A stretch of DNA of 59,049 nt, filler included. It is 4 parts of 4 records of this genome, joined end to end, with 100 filler letters (N's around TTAATTAATTAA, not from the genome) between each part and the next. Parts side by side here need not be neighbours in the genome. Positions count along the whole stretch, not along the records: positions 1 to 29,295 come from DRR723986_30217; 3 more parts are not named here. The stretch is one strand, 5' to 3'. This document shows positions 10,053 through 20,477 of this stretch, piece by piece; the stretch's first letter is position 1, and each line of letters starts with the position of its first letter. A model generated the notes under the pieces. It was given only the letters and a program-made list of their open reading frames with translations. It was not told the origin of the DNA and did not search any database. Made by a program: the position numbers and the translations under genes.

Positions 10053-10274
10053 ATGGAAGACATCAAATCAAAACTCGGGAAAGGCGGACTTTTACTAGCT
10101 GCAATGGGGATCATGTCAATGGTCCTATCAATCTTTAATTACAACATCAGACTATTATCCTGGATAGATATCTGGGGAAGCGGAATGGGTTGGATCATTC
10201 GGTTTTTATTGATCGGTATTGGAGGAGCTCTATTCTATATCTATGGTAGAGAATCCGAAGAAGTAGAAGAATAA
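10053..10274 (+). CDS. Small two-TM membrane protein, 73 aa
   Basis: Two hydrophobic helices around LLSWIDIWGSGMGWIIR; acidic tail. Confidence 0.8.
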   Translation: MEDIKSKLGKGGLLLAAMGIMSMVLSIFNYNIRLLSWIDIWGSGMGWIIRFLLIGIGGALFYIYGRESEEVEE

Positions 10275-10291
10275 CCCTAAACCTTTTAGAA

Positions 10292-10864
10292 ATGAATAAT
10301 CTTAAAAACCTTTGTCTATTTCTTTTGCTGACATTCTTTTATGCCTGTGGTAGTGGTAGTGGCACGAGCAATCAAGAAGCAAATGCGGATGGCTTCCTTG
10401 TCATAGAGGAAAACCTGAAAGACCAATTTGGAGAGGATGCATATTTCACTGATTTAACAATCACACATAATAAATCAATTGGAAACATCCTCTCCGTGAC
10501 TGTCACCAGTGATCCATCTTCCCTAAAAATGGGGCAATGGACGCAATCCAATGATAATTGGAGACAAACTTCTGACATCACTTTGGAAGTACCTGACGGC
10601 ATGAATGCTTCGGACTTTATGTTTCAATTGGGCAATCCAATCGACCTGGGCAAATTGGGAGACTTGGTAGAAAAATCCAAAGAAAAATTGGAGGTAGAAA
10701 AGGAGATCCAAAATCCTTCCCTTCACATGGCAATAGTGAAAATCCCCAAAGATGGAGTGCGGTCAAAAATTGAATACCAGATTCTGCTACAGCCGGAAAA
10801 CGGGGGAACTACTTTCACCTATAGCTATGACCTAAGCGGGAACTTCATTTCTATGGATTATTAA
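10292..10864 (+). CDS. Hypothetical lipoprotein
   Basis: Lipobox-like FFYAC followed by a Gly/Ser linker. Confidence 0.8.
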   Translation: MNNLKNLCLFLLLTFFYACGSGSGTSNQEANADGFLVIEENLKDQFGEDAYFTDLTITHNKSIGNILSVTVTSDPSSLKMGQWTQSNDNWRQTSDITLEVPDGMNASDFMFQLGNPIDLGKLGDLVEKSKEKLEVEKEIQNPSLHMAIVKIPKDGVRSKIEYQILLQPENGGTTFTYSYDLSGNFISMDY

Positions 10865-10979
10865 GCCAAAATCATAGGAATCTAAACCTAGAAAACCTTT
10901 CCAATAAGCATTGCTGGATTGGTAACTTTATTTTTCAAAAAGCATGAGCTCGAAAAGAACCTAAGCCAAAACAAATACC

Positions 10980-12185
10980 ATGAATAAAAATCTAAGCTAC
11001 TTCCCACCGGTCAATCCCAAAAAATCCTCAACAAAACAGGATGAAAAGTGGGATGAATCAATAGCCTTGTTTAACAGCGGCCACTATGACCAGGTTGTTC
11101 CCGCACTTTTAGATTATATAGACAGCAGTCTAAAGACTAAGAAAAAAGGAAACACCTATGAAATTGCACATGGCTCTGTGGTGGTTTTCATTACACAAAC
11201 AGAGGCAGAGCTGAGCATCAAATGTCCTTTTTTAACAATAGAAGATTCCCAGAAAATACCCTTGATGAGACGTTTGGCAGAATTGCGGATGTATCCACTC
11301 AATTTGGCCAATTTGGTACTTGAGGGAGAGATGGTATATTTTACTTTTTCCTGTCCTATTCATCTTTGTGAGCCTTATAAAATTTACAGTGTATTACGCG
11401 AGATTTGTTTGTATGCCGACAGCTATGATGATGAATTAATAGAAAAGTTTGGGGCAGCCCATCTTCAAGAACCAAGCATCTCCCCTTTCCCTGCTAAGTT
11501 AAAAGAGGAAGCATACAGCAATAGTCAGGCTATATTGTCAGAAGGGATAAACCGGTTCAACTATTATATGGAAAAGCGGCAGGCAAACAATGCTTGGTAC
11601 ACCCTCAACATCACTTTCAAAAAGCTTGAGTTTTACTCAGAACCCCAGGGCTATTTAAGGACTTTGATCGAGAAGGCTGTTGATGGAATTCAGGATCGTA
11701 GAATCCAATTTCAAACAAGGCTACTGAACGGAAAGTCAAGTCTTGAAAAACTCAAAAACTATCCCAAGGAAAAATTCTTATCCGATCTCTATCTAGTAGA
11801 AACATTTGTCCCACACAAATACAGCAGCAAGAAGGAGAATATCAGAGAAAACTGGGAGGACAGCTACTTCGAAGCAAAGGAAAAAATCTCCAACTACCAG
11901 TTTGAAGACGCCTGTAATTTAATGCAATCCTGTTTTTACGGACTTTTCTACTACAATTTAGTGAATGAATCCATCAGTAAACCGATTACTGACTCTCTTG
12001 CTCAGGCAAGTGGAATGGATTGGAATCTTGCAGCTCCAATCCTGATGAACGGCATGGAATCCATTATGGAAGATTCTCTTTTCGGAGAAGACTTCGGAAT
12101 GGACTTATCAAAAATCATGGGAGCTCAAATGCAGGAATCCATGGCAGCAATTCAACAGATGATGGCAAACTTTAAGACTAATTGA
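10980..12185 (+). CDS. Cytoplasmic protein with YbjN/type III chaperone-like domain and helical C-terminus
   Basis: No signal peptide; HGSVVVFI..SIKCPFL..LREICLYADSYDDELIEKFGA resembles the YbjN-like fold and the C-terminus of the next gene. Confidence 0.7.
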   Translation: MNKNLSYFPPVNPKKSSTKQDEKWDESIALFNSGHYDQVVPALLDYIDSSLKTKKKGNTYEIAHGSVVVFITQTEAELSIKCPFLTIEDSQKIPLMRRLAELRMYPLNLANLVLEGEMVYFTFSCPIHLCEPYKIYSVLREICLYADSYDDELIEKFGAAHLQEPSISPFPAKLKEEAYSNSQAILSEGINRFNYYMEKRQANNAWYTLNITFKKLEFYSEPQGYLRTLIEKAVDGIQDRRIQFQTRLLNGKSSLEKLKNYPKEKFLSDLYLVETFVPHKYSSKKENIRENWEDSYFEAKEKISNYQFEDACNLMQSCFYGLFYYNLVNESISKPITDSLAQASGMDWNLAAPILMNGMESIMEDSLFGEDFGMDLSKIMGAQMQESMAAIQQMMANFKTN

Positions 12186-12187
12186 AA

Positions 12188-13273
12188 ATGAATACCATAC
12201 AAAATTTAGAATCTTCAGTATTTAAAATAAACAATGCATTTGGTTCAGGAACAGGATTTTACAGCGCTCAAGATAAAGTGATTATCACCAATTTTCATGT
12301 CGTTTCCGGGAGCCTGTCGGTTAGCGTAGAAAATGGCGCAAAAAACAGATATTTAGCAAAAGTTATTTACGCAAACCCTGGTAAGGACATCGCTTTTTTA
12401 AAGGCAGAAAGTCTTCCCATCCCCATACATACAGTCAATACCAATCATGACACTACAGTTTTTACAAGGGACAGACTATTGGTTTTGGGCTTCCCATACG
12501 GAATGCCTTTTACAGTGACTGAAGGGACGGTTTCCAATCCCAAACAAGTCATCGGCAGTAGTGATTACATACAAACTGATGCCGCCATTAATCCTGGAAA
12601 TAGCGGTGGGCCAGTTATCAATGAAAAAGGAGAATTACTTGGAATCGTTACAGCTAAATTTTCAGATGCTGACAATATGGGCTTTGCGATACCGATGGAA
12701 ACTGTTCGAGAAGAGCTTGCTATCATTGATCAACTTTTAGACGAGCTTACCATCGGCTGTCCTTCCTGTAATTCTCTGATTCAGGAAAAATCATCTTATT
12801 GCCCCAACTGTGGTAATGATGTTGAGGAGAGCTTGTTCCAAGAAAGTCCTCCTTCCGATTTCAGTGTGAAAGTGGAAAAAGCCATTCAACATTTGGGGGT
12901 CGATCCGGTTTTGGCTCGAACAGGTAGCGAATATTGGAAATTCCATCTGGGAAGTGCCGAGATAAGAATGTTTGTCTATGACAACAATTACCTGTTTGCA
13001 ACCTCACCATTGAATGAACTCCCAAGGAAAAACCTGGCAGAGATATACGAGTACATTATGCGTACAGATACCGGAGTACACCGTTTGTCCATCTCTGATA
13101 ATCAGATTTTCCTTTCCTATCGGGTACATATCAGTGATCCGTATTCCAGCTACGAGGATCAGGTAATAAGAAACTTGGCTCAATTGGCAGAAAAAGCAGA
13201 TGAATTGGACAATAGGTTCATAAGTGACTTTGGAGCGAAAATGTCAAAATTCAGCAAGCAACATGAGGCTTAA
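12188..13273 (+). CDS. Trypsin-like (S1C/HtrA-type) serine protease with zinc ribbon and C-terminal YbjN-like domain
   Basis: GSGTGF, ITNFHVV (His), KDIAFL (Asp), QTDAAINPGNSGGP (Ser); CPSC..CPNC; no PDZ domain and no signal peptide. Confidence 0.9.
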   Translation: MNTIQNLESSVFKINNAFGSGTGFYSAQDKVIITNFHVVSGSLSVSVENGAKNRYLAKVIYANPGKDIAFLKAESLPIPIHTVNTNHDTTVFTRDRLLVLGFPYGMPFTVTEGTVSNPKQVIGSSDYIQTDAAINPGNSGGPVINEKGELLGIVTAKFSDADNMGFAIPMETVREELAIIDQLLDELTIGCPSCNSLIQEKSSYCPNCGNDVEESLFQESPPSDFSVKVEKAIQHLGVDPVLARTGSEYWKFHLGSAEIRMFVYDNNYLFATSPLNELPRKNLAEIYEYIMRTDTGVHRLSISDNQIFLSYRVHISDPYSSYEDQVIRNLAQLAEKADELDNRFISDFGAKMSKFSKQHEA

Positions 13274-14321
13274 GTTCCTTGTCATATTGCTTGGTTTCCT
13301 GGTTTTATCCAGCTCTTGCCATAGCATCAAACCAACAGTGGAAGAAACAAAGGTTTTTGAGAGTCTTAATCAGATCGAATATCCTTTTACTGAAGTCAAA
13401 AATGGCAATGAAACCTCCTCCATTTCAGATTTTTTGAAAGAGGATGAAATCTTGATCCTCAAGGATTGGAAAAAGTCCCTGGGAGCTCCTAAACGCCTGC
13501 TTCAATCGGAATGCATTGGTTGTCCTGATCATTACAGCAGTCTTGCACCAATGTACAGAGTCAAAAACGGAAGGTTCATCCACTTTGGTCTTAAGACTAG
13601 CCAGGGCGTTCAAAACTTGGTTTTCAGGAAAAATGGAGCTTTTACAAATCAATTCTACATGTTCGAAGGGCGTTCTCAAGAGGAACTCCAAAAGGAACTG
13701 GAGAAAAAAAACAGAAACGAATTTGAGGTATTTGAAGGAGTTTATCCTATTGAAATAGGTAAAAAGAAACTTTACCAAGAACTCGTGGAAGGCAATAGTT
13801 TTACCGGTGTTGAAAATTGGTACACTACACCCTACCGGACCAGAATTGTATTTGAAAGAAATCTTCTGGAAAAAAGAAATGAGTTAGACTTTAGGTTTAA
13901 GGGAGGAATATATAGTATCCAAGGCGAGGACAAAACAGGTGATTTCAGGATTTACAATTTTGTAGAACCTATTTTTTACGCCAATGCCATGGATACTCAA
14001 GGTGCCTCATCCCAATCATCAATTACAGAAGCTTTCTATGCCAATGCTACATTTTTCCTACTGGATTTAGATTCAGAAATAAATGTTTCGATTCAAATCA
14101 AATCGAATACTTCGGGAAAAGAATATAAATTTTCAGTACTTAAAAACGAAAGTTACCTTACTATCGAAGAATACCTGAAAAATGACGCGGTGTTATTTGA
14201 CCAATACCAAAATAAACTGAGCAAAGGGTCCTACTTAATTAGGATCCTTCATGAAAACTCAGATTATGCTGAAAAGCCATTATATACAATCCATATAGCC
14301 AAAACCACTAGTGATCACTAA
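13263..14321 (+). CDS. Hypothetical lipoprotein
   Basis: ATG 13263: MRLKFLVILLGFLVLSSSC lipobox; contains CIGC; overlaps the previous gene. Confidence 0.75.
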   Translation: MRLKFLVILLGFLVLSSSCHSIKPTVEETKVFESLNQIEYPFTEVKNGNETSSISDFLKEDEILILKDWKKSLGAPKRLLQSECIGCPDHYSSLAPMYRVKNGRFIHFGLKTSQGVQNLVFRKNGAFTNQFYMFEGRSQEELQKELEKKNRNEFEVFEGVYPIEIGKKKLYQELVEGNSFTGVENWYTTPYRTRIVFERNLLEKRNELDFRFKGGIYSIQGEDKTGDFRIYNFVEPIFYANAMDTQGASSQSSITEAFYANATFFLLDLDSEINVSIQIKSNTSGKEYKFSVLKNESYLTIEEYLKNDAVLFDQYQNKLSKGSYLIRILHENSDYAEKPLYTIHIAKTTSDH

Positions 14322-14361
14322 GATTCACTGATCTATTTGAAAAATATAAAAGACCAACCTT

Positions 14362-16020
14362 GTGCTCATATTGATTATCGTCATACTGGTTTTTCTATTA
14401 ATCCTTCTGCTTTTATTAGGCATTAAAGTATTTAAATGGACCCTAAAAAGTAAATGGAGGATTCAGGTATTTCTGATCGTTTTGGCAGCTGGTGTAATTG
14501 GAATCGCCATTAATCACTTCTTTTTTAAAAACATGAAGTTTATCCAGTCAGAGGTATACACCAATCTGTATTTGGTTAACTATCCGGACAAGGATTATTC
14601 TGTGGTAGAGGAAGCCATCAAAGAAAAAATAAAAGAACACCTTATGTACGAATATAAAACAGGAAAACCCCTTTCTTATAGCGGAGAAAAAGCCATTTAC
14701 TTCTATGAGTTGGGGGGAATGACCTTTGGCTTTATAGGTGAGGCCGGTACTGGCTATTTCATAAATCATGAAGAGGATTTAGGAGGTTTTGTCAGTGAAG
14801 AATTAGGTATGTATAGAGACTATAGGTTGGCCGAATTTTATTACGAACCCTGTCTCCAGGACAACTCGTTAGTTTGTGGTGAAATCAACTTTTTCAGGGA
14901 GGGAGAGCATGTTAAGGTGGATAGTCTGAAAGATCTTTATTCCATCCACTTAGATACCCAGAACCTTTCGGATTCACCAAAAAAAACTCATAAAACCGGA
15001 ACGATCTATTATACCATTTCAAATCAGACTTTGGATATTGAAAAGCTGATAGAAGCCTATAAAACCAAAAATGAAACTCAGTTTCTAGAACAATTTCCAG
15101 CTGACTTTCAGCTATTCATGGAGTATTTCGGATGGAATACTACTAGTGACCAAGCCAACAAACTATACGAAGAAAGCCATGGATACATAGCGTACTTCTT
15201 TAATTTACTTACCCAGCCCAAATACAGAGAATTTGAATTCAAATTAATTGGCATAGCCGAAAATGGTGTTTGGCAAGAGGATGCAGTGAACTACTTTCAG
15301 AATTCTGCAATAGAATATATCAAGAGTGAGAAACGATTTAAACTCATTGATGAACTAACACCCGATCAAGCAAAATTGATCCTTTTTTTTCTCTTCGATG
15401 GACCTCATCCAACGTTTGATGTAGAATTCTCCTCCCATCTCAGTCCCGCAAAAAAAGAAATACTGGAAGAGCTATTCGAATCGGGATTTTACGATGACAA
15501 TGAAAATCCAGACCCGATAGACTACGAAGAGCAAACAACCTATGAAATAGCTGATTTTGAGAATGTGGAACACTATTTCATAAGGGATATCGATTTAAAT
15601 AATGATAACATTTTGGATAAAATAGTGAGTGCAGATCCTTATCAAGGAGATGAACTTTTTCTCTTTTTAAAAAATGGAGAAGTATATGAGTTTGCCCTTA
15701 AAACCATCAATTTCTCAGAGGATGGCGGCAATCAAATTGTTGATATACTATCAGAGCAAGACGGTTTTGCAATTAAAACAGCATTTCCTGATGCTGGAAT
15801 TTTAGAAGCCTACCATCACATAAGCTTTGAAGATAATAGTTGGGTCTTGACCAATACTGTTTATAAAACAGAAAGCAGTAATCAAAAAGACGCTTTTATT
15901 TATGTATGTGATGTCAAACAAGGGTTAAACCTAGAAGACAAACATTTTATTGAACAGCTCCAATGGATGCCGGAGGAAACTGAAAGGGAAATGCTCTGCA
16001 CGAAAGAAAAAATAAATTAA
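14362..16020 (+). CDS. Membrane-anchored multi-module hypothetical protein
   Basis: Two N-terminal TMs, then apparent separate modules, including a DLNNDNILD Ca-binding-like loop. Confidence 0.8.
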   Translation: MLILIIVILVFLLILLLLLGIKVFKWTLKSKWRIQVFLIVLAAGVIGIAINHFFFKNMKFIQSEVYTNLYLVNYPDKDYSVVEEAIKEKIKEHLMYEYKTGKPLSYSGEKAIYFYELGGMTFGFIGEAGTGYFINHEEDLGGFVSEELGMYRDYRLAEFYYEPCLQDNSLVCGEINFFREGEHVKVDSLKDLYSIHLDTQNLSDSPKKTHKTGTIYYTISNQTLDIEKLIEAYKTKNETQFLEQFPADFQLFMEYFGWNTTSDQANKLYEESHGYIAYFFNLLTQPKYREFEFKLIGIAENGVWQEDAVNYFQNSAIEYIKSEKRFKLIDELTPDQAKLILFFLFDGPHPTFDVEFSSHLSPAKKEILEELFESGFYDDNENPDPIDYEEQTTYEIADFENVEHYFIRDIDLNNDNILDKIVSADPYQGDELFLFLKNGEVYEFALKTINFSEDGGNQIVDILSEQDGFAIKTAFPDAGILEAYHHISFEDNSWVLTNTVYKTESSNQKDAFIYVCDVKQGLNLEDKHFIEQLQWMPEETEREMLCTKEKIN

Positions 16021-16030
16021 GGCACAAACG

Positions 16031-16372
16031 ATGCGTTTCTTAAAACTCATATTGACCTACCTCATTTGGATTATTTTATCCTTGCTATTGGGCATTGGTT
16101 ATATGAGACTTCTTTTGGGTACAAATGATGTCCCAGAAGATGGCATGTGGTATCTATTGCATTTGTTTTTTGATATGGGACTGTTACACGTGGGTTTTTG
16201 GATCGGCTTAGCTATAGCCTCCTGTTTTATCCTTCTGGATGTATTTTATCTCCGGAAAAAATTAAAAAACAATCCAAAAAAAACAACAATCAAGTTGGTC
16301 ACCTTATTGGCAATTACTGTATTGATAGCTATTATTCATTATTTCCTGGAAAAAGTAATAGATGTCATTTAA
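16031..16372 (+). CDS. Small three-TM membrane protein
   Basis: 113 aa with three hydrophobic segments. Confidence 0.8.
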   Translation: MRFLKLILTYLIWIILSLLLGIGYMRLLLGTNDVPEDGMWYLLHLFFDMGLLHVGFWIGLAIASCFILLDVFYLRKKLKNNPKKTTIKLVTLLAITVLIAIIHYFLEKVIDVI

Positions 16373-16382
16373 CGAAAGACTA

Positions 16383-17714
16383 ATGAAGTACCTGATTATC
16401 CTACTTTTAATTTTCACCTCTGCCTGCCAACAAAATGGCAAATTGAAAACCAAAACTGGAGCTGAAATTCTTGAAAGAGAAATAAAGGATGAAAAGCGGG
16501 ATAATTTAGAAACCCAACAAGTGCATGAGCAACTTGACAGCACAACCATTCAGTATGACCTCAGACTTTTTAATGAAATCCAGACGGATACCATTGAATT
16601 TATTGATTACAACGATGACTTTGATTATCGATATCTAGTTGGACAAAAAAAGGGGGAAAATCTATCATTCGTCTACGATTGGGACTGGACAGAAAATCAG
16701 GAATATAATTTTAGACAAGGGGATTTGATCCTCATTGAATGGAAAATGGACAGCATCCGCATGGCCGGTGACGAGGAGGTTGTGAATGTGACGGAACGGT
16801 TACTTGATGCAAAAAAAATTGTTTCCGGAAACCAACCCATACAATTTTTAACACGAGAGAATAGCTATGATGAATCGGTAAAGTCAAATGTCAGTACAAT
16901 GGTCATCAATCAATCCTACCTTCAAAACATCAGCCCTGTCGAAAGAGCAGCGTTGGGCTATATCGCCTTTGACATAGGAAACGAATGTGAATGGGGGTAT
17001 GATTCAGATGGAAAACGAGTTCTCTATTGCCAATTAGTGACTGCCCTCAACTTGGATTATCAGTGTTCGGATACCCAATTGAACTTTCTAAGAAAGTGGT
17101 TTTCCAAGGACAGCATTGCAATCGATAAACTGAAACGCTGCCCAACTATTCCTAATTCGGCAACCATCCAAAGCACTTTTAATGAGATTCTTATTGAAAA
17201 GGATGAATCCAATAAAACAATTATTGTCCAATCAAAAATTACCAGAATCAACATCCGGAAATCAAAATCTTGGGTATGGACACAGACTGACCAGTTTGAA
17301 TACAGCAAGGATTTCATCGTTTTAGTCGATTCCAAAAAATCGGATTTGACCGAAGATGAATTAGACATCGCTCCTGACAAGGAGGCGGATTCGGAAACTC
17401 AAGCAATCACCTTGGCTTTAAAGGATTTCCTGATAAAGGAATGGAGTTCTGTACATAAGTCAATGACCCATAATATCTCCTATGAAAATAATATACTGCT
17501 TTTTAGAAGTAATGATGGCTTTCAGTTAAGCAGATATGATTTTAATGATTTGACACTTGATAAAGATCCTAAATCAGGGCTTATAATGATTACCGTCATG
17601 AATGAAGGAGGAGGCGGTGGTGGGAATGTGGTGGTAGAGGAAAATTACATTGCCACCATGCTACAAACAACGAACTATCGTATCACAAAGGGTAAAACTA
17701 AATTAATAAAATAG
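16383..17714 (+). CDS. Hypothetical lipoprotein
   Basis: ATG 16383: MKYLIILLLIFTSAC lipobox; Cys-containing middle module (GNECEW..YCQL..YQCS..RCP). Confidence 0.8.
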   Translation: MKYLIILLLIFTSACQQNGKLKTKTGAEILEREIKDEKRDNLETQQVHEQLDSTTIQYDLRLFNEIQTDTIEFIDYNDDFDYRYLVGQKKGENLSFVYDWDWTENQEYNFRQGDLILIEWKMDSIRMAGDEEVVNVTERLLDAKKIVSGNQPIQFLTRENSYDESVKSNVSTMVINQSYLQNISPVERAALGYIAFDIGNECEWGYDSDGKRVLYCQLVTALNLDYQCSDTQLNFLRKWFSKDSIAIDKLKRCPTIPNSATIQSTFNEILIEKDESNKTIIVQSKITRINIRKSKSWVWTQTDQFEYSKDFIVLVDSKKSDLTEDELDIAPDKEADSETQAITLALKDFLIKEWSSVHKSMTHNISYENNILLFRSNDGFQLSRYDFNDLTLDKDPKSGLIMITVMNEGGGGGGNVVVEENYIATMLQTTNYRITKGKTKLIK

Positions 17715-17876
17715 ATGGCAAATTTCCCCCAATTGACCCCCACCCTACGCTAAAATTGTACCTCACCTGTGGACAGACTGGCTATCAATTTCAAAAAAAT
17801 AGCAGTCGAGTCATGCTAAAACCAAACTCAATTCATCGGACACAATATCCAAATCTCTTAAAAATAAGCTCACCGA

Positions 17877-19748
17877 ATGAAACCCCTTCTCTTTGTTTTT
17901 TTTCTATTACTCTTTTCCTGCGGTCCCAGCACCCAAAAAGGCAAAAACACTCCCGGAGCCATTGAGATAATTGATGAGGGTAAAGAGCCTTTATCCACAG
18001 GTGTTGAAAAAAGCTTTCTTGAAACGCTTAATTCTTCAAAAACCAAAACATTACCTCAAATAGAAAACACCAGTTTTGACAGTTTTACCGATGAAGATGA
18101 TTTTGCCCAAATAGATTTCAAGGCCTTGAAATTAGACGAATTATATCCTGATCTCAATTTTGAAGATCAAAATGCAAGGGCTATCGACGTCTACACAATC
18201 CCTATTCGGAATGACTATTATTCCGTTGTTGTAACGCTATTAAAAAGTGAGCATGAAATGGAAAGCATCCTGATCAACTACAATGCTGAAGGGGATATAA
18301 TTGATCATGAATTGGTAGCCTACGATGAAATTGCCGAAGGTATGTCACAGGTTGTTTCGCGAATCAGTGAAAACATACTTACCGTCAACCGAATATTTTT
18401 GGGCAATGCCAAAGAAGTCGAACAAATTGAATATGAAATCCGATGGGATGGCACCATCGAAAAAGTAAATACCAAAAGCCTGAACGATTTCTTTGAAGAT
18501 TTCGAGCTAATTGATAAGGTATTGCCAGAGCTCAACTTGGATTGGGTGCAATTAAAAACCAATTTGATCAAGACAAAAGTATACCCTGAAAACCCGAATG
18601 AAACTTTTCTTGTAATCCCTGAGATAGTCGATGAAGGAGAACAGTTTTTTGAACTCACCAGCCATATTTTAATTGCCGATAACCGTACAGGAAAAATAAC
18701 CCACAATTATTTCGAAAGTTATCTAACTAACCAATGGGTCTCCGACGCAATGGAATTGCGGGAAATAAACATTGACACGACGCAGTATTCCCTTTCTGAA
18801 GAAACGAAAGCTTATGGAATTCAGGTCGATTATTTAGGAATGTCTAGGGTAAATCCCTATTCCAATCAAACATTATCCCTGTTCATTAAATCAGAAGATA
18901 AACTTGAAAAAGCTCTTTCCAATTACTCCATAAAACATTTCGGAGGAGAATGGGATGGCAATTGTAATGGTGAATATGTTAGCGAAGAAAAAATCATGTT
19001 TCAGGGCCCAAATAAAACCAAGGGCTACTTTGATCTTTTGGTCTATAATAAAATCACGGAAACGAAGGATTACAAAGATGAGAATGAGGTGTGTCAAACG
19101 AAAAATTCCTACCAGTTCAAAAACTCAATTTTGAAGTTTGATGGTACAAAGTACACTGAATTGAATGATGGCATTGAAACCATATCCTATTCACAAATCC
19201 ATCCCCAGAAACTGGAAAACTTCCACTTAGACAAATTCCATGTAGATCAAGCCTATGATCTAAATGGGCAAAAAATACTAACAGGCAATTACATCTCCGA
19301 AAAGGAACCCCATTCTACATCAGGTTCTGATCCCCAATTTGATTGGGGCGATAGGTTACTACTATTGGATTCGAAAAATAAAATAGTTTTTCAGTCACTT
19401 GGACTTGGGGACTTATACCTCTTTGAACCCCATTTCTTTAGAGCCAAGGCTTCAAATAAGATCATTATTATCTGCCAAAAAGCCTTTGAATATCCTTTTG
19501 GTGGGGAAGTTTTTATCCTTGAAGAAAGTACTATAAAACACATAGGAACCCTTGAAATAGAAGGGAATGAGGAAGGGAAATTTTTGACAGATTTGGTAGC
19601 TATCCAGGAGACAGGAAACAGCCTTGTTTTCTCCATAAGATCTAATCAATTGACTTTGAATCCCGGTAAAGATTCAAGCACCAAGGTCACCAATGCCATC
19701 TACGTTTACCAAGACAACCAATTGGTTTTAAAGACAAATACGCCATGA
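17877..19748 (+). CDS. Multi-module lipoprotein with a PA3715-like central domain
   Basis: Lipobox LLFSC; central WVSDAMEL..IDTTQY.L....AYGI..SRVNPY..LSLF..GEWDGNCNGE recalls PA3715-family proteins (from memory, unverified). Confidence 0.75.
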   Translation: MKPLLFVFFLLLFSCGPSTQKGKNTPGAIEIIDEGKEPLSTGVEKSFLETLNSSKTKTLPQIENTSFDSFTDEDDFAQIDFKALKLDELYPDLNFEDQNARAIDVYTIPIRNDYYSVVVTLLKSEHEMESILINYNAEGDIIDHELVAYDEIAEGMSQVVSRISENILTVNRIFLGNAKEVEQIEYEIRWDGTIEKVNTKSLNDFFEDFELIDKVLPELNLDWVQLKTNLIKTKVYPENPNETFLVIPEIVDEGEQFFELTSHILIADNRTGKITHNYFESYLTNQWVSDAMELREINIDTTQYSLSEETKAYGIQVDYLGMSRVNPYSNQTLSLFIKSEDKLEKALSNYSIKHFGGEWDGNCNGEYVSEEKIMFQGPNKTKGYFDLLVYNKITETKDYKDENEVCQTKNSYQFKNSILKFDGTKYTELNDGIETISYSQIHPQKLENFHLDKFHVDQAYDLNGQKILTGNYISEKEPHSTSGSDPQFDWGDRLLLLDSKNKIVFQSLGLGDLYLFEPHFFRAKASNKIIIICQKAFEYPFGGEVFILEESTIKHIGTLEIEGNEEGKFLTDLVAIQETGNSLVFSIRSNQLTLNPGKDSSTKVTNAIYVYQDNQLVLKTNTP

Positions 19749-20458
19749 ATAGTATAAAGACTCATCTTTTATGGATGTTTTTCTTAGCCCATGGGCTTTT
19801 TGCACAAAGCGAATCCAACTGTCCTGAATTAGCTGCAGGTGGAAGAAGTATAGAAGTAATGATTCCAATAGGTTGGCAACTATTGTCCCAAGCCAAAGGA
19901 GATCTAAATGGGGATGGATTCGAAGATGTAGCGTTTGCAATTCAAAGCCCTACCAAAAAGACCATTGAGTATAATGATGGCTTTGAGACTGACACGCTTC
20001 AAATAAAACCCAGAGTATTGGGAATATACTTTGGAAAAGAGAATGGGGGAATTAAAAAAGTACTGCAATCCAATACCTTCATCATCAATCGAAGCACCCT
20101 TGCAATGGATGAACCTTTTAAAGGACTGCAGATTCTCCCAACCGGTGAGCTTCAGATCAATTTTTACATATGGCCATGCAGGGATTGCACTACCTGGTCA
20201 TCTTATGAATACAAATTCAGTTATCAAAACAAAGCATTTGAACTGGTGGAATTTGAGCAAGTCGATACCCAGCGAGTTTCCGGTGAAGAGACCACCTACT
20301 CTATCGAATTCCGAACTAGAACGATGACAGTCCATACCACGGGTAGCTATGAGGAAGAACCAGAAAATCAAATCCTAAAATTCGAACTTCTTCAATTACA
20401 ATCCATAAAATCATTGAAAAAGCCCTTTCAATGGTTATTTCAAAACCTACACATATGA
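19745..20458 (+). CDS. Secreted hypothetical protein
   Basis: Signal peptide ending LFAQ; GDLNGDGFEDVA Ca-binding-type loop; 4-nt overlap with the previous gene. Confidence 0.8.
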   Translation: MNSIKTHLLWMFFLAHGLFAQSESNCPELAAGGRSIEVMIPIGWQLLSQAKGDLNGDGFEDVAFAIQSPTKKTIEYNDGFETDTLQIKPRVLGIYFGKENGGIKKVLQSNTFIINRSTLAMDEPFKGLQILPTGELQINFYIWPCRDCTTWSSYEYKFSYQNKAFELVEFEQVDTQRVSGEETTYSIEFRTRTMTVHTTGSYEEEPENQILKFELLQLQSIKSLKKPFQWLFQNLHI

Positions 20459-20477
20459 CCATTAAACAAGTTAAGAC

